DNA of 24,000 nucleotides from assembly GCA_963667915.2 (NCBI GenBank), contig CAXXNN010000004.1, forward strand, positions 1,856,241 through 1,880,240. Direction: 5' to 3'. Both the position numbers and the translations under genes were made by a program. The notes under the pieces were generated by a model. That model did no database searches and was not told the DNA's origin. It saw only the letters and a program-made list of their open reading frames with translations. Positions within the stretch are counted from its first letter, which is position 1. Every line of letters begins with the position of its first letter. Below are positions 8,901 to 15,039 of the stretch, in pieces. Source of the stretch: Vicinamibacterales bacterium. GTDB taxonomy: Bacteria > Acidobacteriota > Vicinamibacteria > Vicinamibacterales > UBA823.

Positions 8901-10350
8901 CCACCCCGGCATGTGCCTCGGTGATCGGGTCGGCCCCGCTCAGGGGACCGGCACCCGCTCCAGCAGCTCCTGGTGCCAGTTCAGGACGACGTGGATCTCG
9001 GGCGACGCCGCGTCCTCTGCGGTCATGCCATCGCCCACGCCCCGCAAGAGCAGGAACCGCTGTCCATCCGGCGACACGGCTAACGTGCCACTCCGTCCGC
9101 CGGGGCCCACCCACTCGAACAGCTCGGTCAGGGTGCCCGGCGTGAACGTCGGATCGGCCTCGTACGTCAGCGCCATGACACTGGTCGGCCCACGGTAGAA
9201 CAGCTCGTTGTCTACCGGATTCCAGACGGCCACGTCCCCGCCGTCCGTGGAAACCTGCCACCTGCCGGCATCCACATCGGGAAACGGCCGGACGTACACC
9301 TCGGGCCGTCCCGACTCGTTCGACGTGTAGGCCAGCCACTGGCCATCGGGCGATAGGGTGGCCCCACTCTCGTTGAAGCTGTCATCGAGAAGGACTGTCT
9401 CTTCGCGATCTCCGTCGAGGTGTTGCATCCAGAGCCCCAGATTGGCCCAGGAGACGAGTGCCGCTCCGTCCGGGGAGAAGGCGTGGGGAAACGCCGTGAA
9501 GTCGTCGTCGCCGAGACGTTCGACCTCTCCGGTGCCGTCCGCACGCTTCCACGCCAGCGGCGGCCCGAAGGCGACACGGGTCCCGTCGGGTGTCCACAAC
9601 GGGCTGTACGCTCCAAACTGCGACTCGAACGTGAGGCGGGTGGTCGTGTCCCGTATCAGGTCGTAGATCCAGACGGCCGGGTCGTCACCCTCGATGTTGA
9701 CCGCCACGCGCGTCCCATCGGGGGACAGATCGAAACCCTGGTAGTTCGCCGGGTCGGCCCCGACCGGTTCCTCGCCGCCGGTACGATCGACCCAGACGAA
9801 GGAGAGTCGTTGTCGACTCTCGATGGCACCGAGCGCATACACGAGCCGCCCTGTCTCGGAAATGCTGAAATCGGCTGCGCCGGTGTTCTTGATCGCGACG
9901 CCTTCGATCAGCGGCACCGGATTGCCTGTCACCTCGAGCGTCTCGACGTCGAACGGTGCGGCGCGAACCGATCCGTCCTCGGCGGCGTAGACGAGATGGC
10001 CGGTCGAGACGTAGTGCGGGCTGGCACCCGCGACGTCGAGGGGTTTGACGTCACCGCTCGAGAGGTCGAGCACCGCGAGCTGGGCCGTCGGCACGACGCC
10101 CGTCGACTGCGTCGTCGTGAAGAACAGGACCGCCTCGCGGCCTGGAATGATGAACGGTCCGCGATGACTCACCTCGCGCCGGTCCGGATCGGGTGTCGTC
10201 AGCGCCTCGGCTTCCCCGCCGCCGCCGGCGACCCGGAAGAGGCCGCCGTCGGCCGTCCCGAAGACGATCTGGTCATCGCGCCCCCAGGTGGCGCCGCGAA
10301 TCGGGCGGCCGACGTTTGTCAGCGTCACCGGCGGTCCACCGAGCACCGAC

Positions 10351-10470
10351 CAGGTCCAGCATCGACAGATCGGTGAAGCCTACCCAGGCGCCGTCGGGCG
10401 AGACCTTGATCAGGTCCAGCATCGACAGATCGGTGAAGCCTACCCAGGCGCCGTCGGGCGAGACGAACGG
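10351..10470. repeat. Two-copy tandem direct repeat, 60-nt period, 54 nt identical per copy
   Basis: 10351-10404 and 10411-10464 are identical (caggtccagcatcgacagatcggtgaagcctacccaggcgccgtcgggcgagac). On the minus strand this encodes VSPDGAWVGFTDLSMLDL twice, in frame. Confidence 0.95.
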
Positions 10471-11170
10471 CGACACACCGCCTCCCCCTCTCAGCGGCGC
10501 GGCGTCGAACTCGCCGATCCGCCGGAGGCTGAGCCCCAACCCAGGCCCGCTGTGGTACACGACGAACGATCCGTCGGGCGCGACCGCCAGGTCGTGCCCG
10601 AGGCGGAAGAAGCTCAGAGGCGCGGACTCGGGCGGCACGATCGTCAAGCGAACGACGTCCGCCGGGGACGGTTCGAACCGCGTCGTAGTCCAGACGCCTA
10701 GGCCACCCACGAGCAGCGCCAGGGCGAGCGCGGCCGACGCCACGAGGGGTCGTTGCCGGAAGGCGGTGGCGACCGGCGCGGCGGTGGCGACCGGTGAAGC
10801 GTCTGGTGCGGCATCCGCTTCGTCGATCTCCAGTCGCGCCGTGCCAATTTCCGGGAGGCGTCGTCGGTGGTCACGCTGCAGACACCGTCGCAACAACCGT
10901 CGGATCGAGTGCGGCGTCTCCGACGGCAGCTCCGTCCAGTCCATCTCCTGGCGCAGGACCGCTGCCAGCGTGAGCGAAACATCCGTCCCCCCGAACGCCT
11001 GTCGTCCGGTGAGCATCTCGTAGAGGACGACCCCAAACGCCCAGATGTCCGCACGCTTGTCCACGGTCTTGCCGCGCGCCTGTTCCGGCGACATATACGC
11101 CGCCGTCCCCATGATGACGCCCATCTTCGTGGCGGCGGCCGTCATCGTCATCGTCGGGGAGTTGGCATCC

Positions 11171-11204
11171 CCCTCACCCATACCCTCTCCCCCGGGGGAG
11201 AGGG
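11171..11204. repeat. REP-like palindromic element embedded in the K2 coding sequence
   Basis: ccctcaccc-ata-ccctctccccc|gggggagaggg, where 11183-11204 is a perfect 22-nt palindrome. The architecture matches the intergenic element at 12328-12360. Confidence 0.6.
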
Positions 11205-11696
11205 CTTTGGCCAGCCCGAAGTCCAGCACCTTCACCGTGCCGTCGTCCTTGACCTTCACGTTGGCGGGTTTCAGATCGCGGTGGATGATCCCCTGCTCGT
11301 GGGCGGCCTCCAGCGCCTCGGCGATCTGACGGGCGATGGGGAGGGCTTCGTCCAGCGGGATCGGGCCTTTAGCGATTCGGTCTTGCAGCGTCGGGCCGGG
11401 ACGTATTCGAGGACGAGGGCCGGGGAGTCGCCGGATTCTTCCAGGCCATGGATCTGCGCGATGTTCGGATGGTTGAGCGACGCCAGCACCTTCGCTTCCC
11501 GCTGGAAACGGGCGAGCCGCTCCGGGTCGTTGACGAAGGCGTCAGGCAGGATCTTTAAGGCGACATCGCGGTCTAGCTTCGTGTCACGGGCCTTGTAGAC
11601 CTCGCCCATCCCGCCCGCGCCGATGGCGGCGAGGACTTCGTAGACGCCGAGGGTGGTGCCAACTTCCAAAGGCATCGTGGGAACGGAGAATTATAC

Positions 11697-11936
11697 CTAT
11701 CGGAGCTTGTCGAATTCCTCCGTCGACACTCTGAGTTGGCGAAGCATCTTGAAGAACAACGGTGGACCGATCTCGCGTCCTCCGTGAATCGGGATGGTGA
11801 TAGCACGACCGTCAGCGTGAAGCCACCGCTCGTGGCTGCCCGTCGTGCGTCGGCGTCTGAATCCCAGGCGCGACCCGCTGAAACTCTCGGGCCGTCGCGC
11901 TAGCAGCCCGGAAGCGCCGGGATCTCGGCCACCCAC
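11697..11936 (-). CDS. hicA: HicA-like toxin (mRNA interferase family), start codon doubtful
   Basis: The C-terminal 50 aa, GSHERWLHADGRAITIPIHGGREIGPPLFFKMLRQLRVSTEEFDKLR, fit the HicA pattern (GSH....h.dGr..tiP.H.g.ei.pg.l..ilrql.is.eeF). There is no ATG, only a GTG that overlaps the hicB remnant. Confidence 0.5.
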   Translation of the reverse strand: MGGRDPGASGLLARRPESFSGSRLGFRRRRTTGSHERWLHADGRAITIPIHGGREIGPPLFFKMLRQLRVSTEEFDKLR

Positions 11937-11985
11937 GAACTGTCTTCCTGCCGGTAGAGGACCGTCTTGTAGTCCGCGATCGTCA
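11900..11985 (-). pseudogene. hicB: HicB-family antitoxin, N-terminal 28 codons only, ended by TAG
   Basis: MTIADYKTVLYRQEDSSWVAEIPALPGC* is the conserved HicB N-terminal strand pair ending in the ...P.LPGC motif. The usual ...GeT.eEA... continuation is absent in every frame. Confidence 0.5.
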
Positions 11986-12213
11986 TGGCGAATGCTCCGG
12001 AGAGCAGTATATCAGCCTTGAAAAACGGGCTTCGCCTGCGGCTCGCCCACTCCATCTCCCGCTGCAGATCGAGCCGTTGATCGTGGCACTCAAGCGCGAG
12101 TATGCCCGCTGGTGCGCGCCGACGCTCCACGACCGGGCTTCGCCTGACGGCTTGCCCACGCAGGGTTAAAACCCTGCGCTACACAACCATCATCAAACCA
12201 GCAAAGAGAAGAT

Positions 12214-12303
12214 TGGCGGAGGGACTGGGATTCGAACCCAGGGTGGAGTTGCCCCCACAGCGGTTTTCAAGACCGCCGCCTTCGACCGCTCGGCCATCCC
12301 TCC
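12214..12303 (-). tRNA. tRNA-Ser (anticodon UGA), CCA encoded
   Basis: The minus strand reads GGAGGGATGGCCGAGCGGTCGAAGGCGGCGGTCTTGAAAACCGCTGTGGGGGCAACTCCACCCTGGGTTCGAATCCCAGTCCCTCCGCCA. It has a 7-bp acceptor stem, the anticodon loop CTTGAAA, a long variable arm (GTGG/CCAC) and a T arm CTGGG-TTCGAAT-CCCAG. It is very close to E. coli serT as I recall it. Confidence 0.92.
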
Positions 12304-12327
12304 GGTGAATTTGGTCGTTCTTCTTGG

Positions 12328-12360
12328 CCCTCACCCTCTCCCTCTCCCAGGGGGAGAGGG
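12328..12360. repeat. REP-like element / hairpin between serS stop and tRNA-Ser
   Basis: ccctcaccc-tct-ccctctccc-agg-gggagaggg, with a 9-bp perfect stem at 12340-12348 / 12352-12360 and a 3-nt loop. It starts 2 nt after the serS stop. No U-tract follows on the minus strand. Confidence 0.6.
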
Positions 12361-12362
12361 GA

Positions 12363-13655
12363 TCAGGAGCGCCGGGGCTCGATGACCTCCTGGCCGTCCA
12401 TGAACGGACGGAGCGCGTCGGGCACCACGACGGTGCCGTCCTTCTGCTGACCGTTCTCGAGGACGGCGATGAGCGTGCGGCCGACGGCGAGGGCGGAGCC
12501 GTTGAGCGTGTGCGCGAACGCGGCCTTGCCGGTGCCGTCGGGCCGGAACTTGATGCCGGCGCGGCGCGCCTGGAACGCCTCGGTGTTGCTGCAGGAGGAG
12601 ATCTCGCGGTAGGTCCCCTGCCCCGGCAGCCATACCTCGAGGTCGTAGGTCTTCGTCGCAGCGAACCCCATGTCGCCGGTGCACAGGACGATCCGCCGGT
12701 AGGGCAGACCGAGTTTCTCGAGGACGATCTCGGCGTGGCGGGTCAGTTGCTCGTGCTCGTCATAGGACTGACCGGGCGCGGTGAATTTGAACAGCTCGAC
12801 TTTTTCGAACTGGTGCTGCCGGATGAGGCCGCGCACGTCCTTGCCGTACGAACCGGCCTCGCTGCGGAAGCAGGGAGTGTAGGCCACGTAGCTGAGCGGC
12901 AGCCGGCGGCCGTCGAGAATCTCCTCCCGGTGGAGGTTGGCCAGGGGCACTTCAGCGGTCGGGACGAGATACAGGTTCCAGTCGCCCGCCACCTTGAAGA
13001 GATCGGCCTCGAATTTCGGCAGGTTGCCGGTGCCGATCAGCGCCTGGTCGTTGACGAGAAACGGCGGGGCCACCTCGGTGTAGCCGTGCTCCTGCGTGTG
13101 GAGCGACAGCATGAAATTGATGAGCGCCCGGTTGAGCCTGGCGCCGGCGCCGAGCAGCACGGCGAACCGGGCGCCGGACATCTTGGTGGCCCGCTCGAAG
13201 TCGAGCAGGCCCAACGCGGGGCCGAGATCCCAGTGGGCCTTTGGCGTGAACTCGAAGGTGCGCGGCTCGCCCCAGCGGCTGACTTCCTGGTTGTCTTTCT
13301 CGCCGGTCCCGCGCGGCACGCTCTCGTGCGGCAAGTTGGGTAATCGCAGGAGCAGGCGGCGACGCTCCTGCTCGACCGCGTCGAGCGCGGCCTCTTGGTG
13401 CTTGATCCGATCGGAGAACCCGTGGCCTTGCGGCAAGAGATCGTCGGCCGACTCACCCGCCTTTTTCGCCTCGGCGATCTTGGCGCCCAGCGCCTTGCGC
13501 GCCCGGCGCGCCTCTTCGAGATCGGGGATGATCGCCCGGCGCTTGGCATCGAGCGCCTTGATGGCGGCAAGCTCGGCCGGCAGGTGGGTGCCCCGCTCGG
13601 CGAGCTTCACCTCGACCTCGTCGAGGTGGTCTCTGACCTGCGCTGGATCCAGCAT
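12363..13655 (-). CDS. serS: Seryl-tRNA synthetase
   Basis: 430-aa ORF. It has an N-terminal coiled-coil arm (MLDPAQVRDHLDEVEVKLAERG...) and class II core motifs (...FRSEAGSYGKDVRGLIRQHQFEKVE..., ...GQGTYREISSCSNTEAFQARR..., ...HTLNGSALAVGRTLIAVLEN). Confidence 0.95.
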   Translation of the reverse strand: MLDPAQVRDHLDEVEVKLAERGTHLPAELAAIKALDAKRRAIIPDLEEARRARKALGAKIAEAKKAGESADDLLPQGHGFSDRIKHQEAALDAVEQERRRLLLRLPNLPHESVPRGTGEKDNQEVSRWGEPRTFEFTPKAHWDLGPALGLLDFERATKMSGARFAVLLGAGARLNRALINFMLSLHTQEHGYTEVAPPFLVNDQALIGTGNLPKFEADLFKVAGDWNLYLVPTAEVPLANLHREEILDGRRLPLSYVAYTPCFRSEAGSYGKDVRGLIRQHQFEKVELFKFTAPGQSYDEHEQLTRHAEIVLEKLGLPYRRIVLCTGDMGFAATKTYDLEVWLPGQGTYREISSCSNTEAFQARRAGIKFRPDGTGKAAFAHTLNGSALAVGRTLIAVLENGQQKDGTVVVPDALRPFMDGQEVIEPRRS

Positions 13656-13724
13656 GATGAAGCATTCTAAATCGTTTATCCCGACGGTCGCACCTGAGGT
13701 ACGATCCCCGTCGAGAGGTCACGT

Positions 13725-14618
13725 GTGCTGCAAACCATTCAAAAAGCGGTCTTTCCGGCGGCCGGGCTCGGCACCCGCTTCCTGCCGGCGACCAAGGCGC
13801 AGGCCAAGGAGATGCTGCCGCTGGTCGACAAGCCGATCATCCAGTACGGCGTCGAGGAGGCGCTCGCCTCCGGCGTCGATCACGTGGTGCTCGTCACCGG
13901 CCAGGGCAAGCACACCATCGAGGACCACTTCAACGTGGACCTCGAGCTGGAAACGCTGCTCGAGTCGCGCGGCAAGACCGATCTGCTGGCCGAAATCCGA
14001 AGCGTCCCCTGCCCCACCAGCCTCGCCTCAGTCCAGCAGGGCGAGCCGCTCGGCCTGGGTCACGCCGTCCTCGTGGCGCGAGAGCTGGTGGGCGACGAAC
14101 CGTTCGTCGTCATTCTGAGCGACGACGTCATCGACGCCAACCCACCGGCGGTTCGTCAGCTCATCGACGTCTACGAGAAGCTGCAGGACCCGGTGATCGC
14201 GGTCGAGCGGGTGCCGGCCGACCAGATCAGCAACTACGGCGTCGTCGCGGTCGATCCGGTCGAAGGCGAACCGGGCGTCTACCGCGTCCTCGACCTGGTC
14301 GAAAAGCCGCCGGCCGAGACGGCCCCCTCCGATCTGGCCATCATCGGCCGCTACGTGCTCACGCCCGACATCTTTCCGATCCTGGACTCGACCGAGCGCG
14401 ACGCGCGGGGTGAGATCCAGCTCACCGACGGATTGCGCCGGCTGCGACGCCACCGGCCCATCTATGCCTGCGAGATCAAGGGTGTGCGGCACGACACGGG
14501 CAACAAGGCCGGCTTCCTGCGCGCCACCGCCTACTTCGCGCTCAAGCGCCCCGACCTGGCCGACGGGTTCCGCGACTACCTCCGCAGCCTCGGCGTCTGC
14601 ACGCCGACCAACGACTGA
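13725..14618 (+). CDS. galU: UTP--glucose-1-phosphate uridylyltransferase
   Basis: 297-aa ORF with a GTG start preceded by gagagg. KAVFPAAGLGTRFLPATKAQAKEMLPLVDKPIIQY is the GalU nucleotide-binding signature. VEKP and IIGRYVL blocks are also present. Confidence 0.9.
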   Translation: MLQTIQKAVFPAAGLGTRFLPATKAQAKEMLPLVDKPIIQYGVEEALASGVDHVVLVTGQGKHTIEDHFNVDLELETLLESRGKTDLLAEIRSVPCPTSLASVQQGEPLGLGHAVLVARELVGDEPFVVILSDDVIDANPPAVRQLIDVYEKLQDPVIAVERVPADQISNYGVVAVDPVEGEPGVYRVLDLVEKPPAETAPSDLAIIGRYVLTPDIFPILDSTERDARGEIQLTDGLRRLRRHRPIYACEIKGVRHDTGNKAGFLRATAYFALKRPDLADGFRDYLRSLGVCTPTND

Positions 14619-14636
14619 TCACGGCTGGGAGAGTGC

Positions 14637-14656
14637 CGGCACCCGAACGGGTGCCG
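14637..14656. terminator. GC-rich hairpin between convergent galU and the zinc-ribbon gene (possible bidirectional terminator)
   Basis: cggcaccc-gaac-gggtgccg is a perfect 8-bp stem with a 4-nt loop, inside the 40-nt gap between the two stop codons. There is no clear U-tract on either strand. Confidence 0.4.
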
Positions 14657-14658
14657 AT

Positions 14659-14991
14659 CTACTTCGACTTCTCACTTGACGACGACGATTTGGTCGAGCC
14701 GGACGACGACTTGGCGTCCTTCTTGTCTTTCTTGTCGCCCTTGCCTTTCTTGTCGCCCTTCTCGCCACTCGATGCCTTGCCCGCGTCATCCGAACCGGCG
14801 GGGGCGCCCGACTTCTTGGCATAGTCGGTCACATACCAGCCGGTGCCCTTGAACTGGATGGCGGACGACGACAGCAGCTTCTGGACCGCGCCACCGCATT
14901 CCGGGCAGATCTTCACGGGTTTGTCAGAGAAGAGCTGGATCCGCTCGAAGCGCACACCGCACGCGTCACACTCGTACTCGTAAAGAGGCAT
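14659..14991 (-). CDS. FmdB-family CxxC-CxxC zinc-ribbon protein with Lys/Ser-rich tail
   Basis: [42 protein letters not shown]...FKGTGWY is the FmdB/zinc-ribbon signature. The C-terminal 45 aa are low-complexity K/S/G/D. Confidence 0.8.
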   Translation of the reverse strand: MPLYEYECDACGVRFERIQLFSDKPVKICPECGGAVQKLLSSSAIQFKGTGWYVTDYAKKSGAPAGSDDAGKASSGEKGDKKGKGDKKDKKDAKSSSGSTKSSSSSEKSK

Positions 14992-15039
14992 GTTTCAGGG
15001 CGCGATAACTCTTCATCGTACGTCCGAGGATTCGGAGTG

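Larger units (their letters stand above)
8940..11675 (-). pseudogene. Ser/Thr protein kinase - TM - TolB/PD40-like beta-propeller (paralog K2), two frameshifts plus an internal tandem duplication
   Basis: Three ORF pieces are colinear with K1: 11271..11675 (MPLEVGTTLGVYEVLAAIGAGGMGEVYKARD...), 10273..11259 extended upstream to about 11399 (GPTLQDRIAKG...HRDLKPANV...DFGLAK...TM...propeller), and 8940..10346 (propeller, ...VVLNWHQELLERVPVP*). Frameshift 1 is a G-run of 3 at 11398-11400 versus 4 in K1. Frameshift 2 is at about 10347, right after the duplicated block. Confidence 0.8.

Noticed and set aside
10351-10470. Possible CRISPR array, given the exact repeats.
   Set aside because: There are only two copies. 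They are directly adjacent apart from 6 nt, have no spacers, and lie inside a coding region in frame.
11986-12213. An integrase or excisionase remnant next to the intact tRNA-Ser.
   Set aside because: None of the six frames here gives anything resembling a tyrosine-recombinase or Xis sequence by eye. The 76-aa ORF 11900..12130 upstream of the hicB ATG is featureless.
13656-13724. A T-box or other leader riboswitch upstream of serS.
   Set aside because: The divergent serS/galU intergenic region is 69 nt. It cannot hold a T-box leader, and no specifier or terminator architecture is visible.
14700-14770. A nucleotide repeat tttcttgtcgccctt x2 inside the zinc-ribbon gene.
   Set aside because: It simply encodes the repetitive KGDKK low-complexity tail. 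There is no evidence of an independent element.
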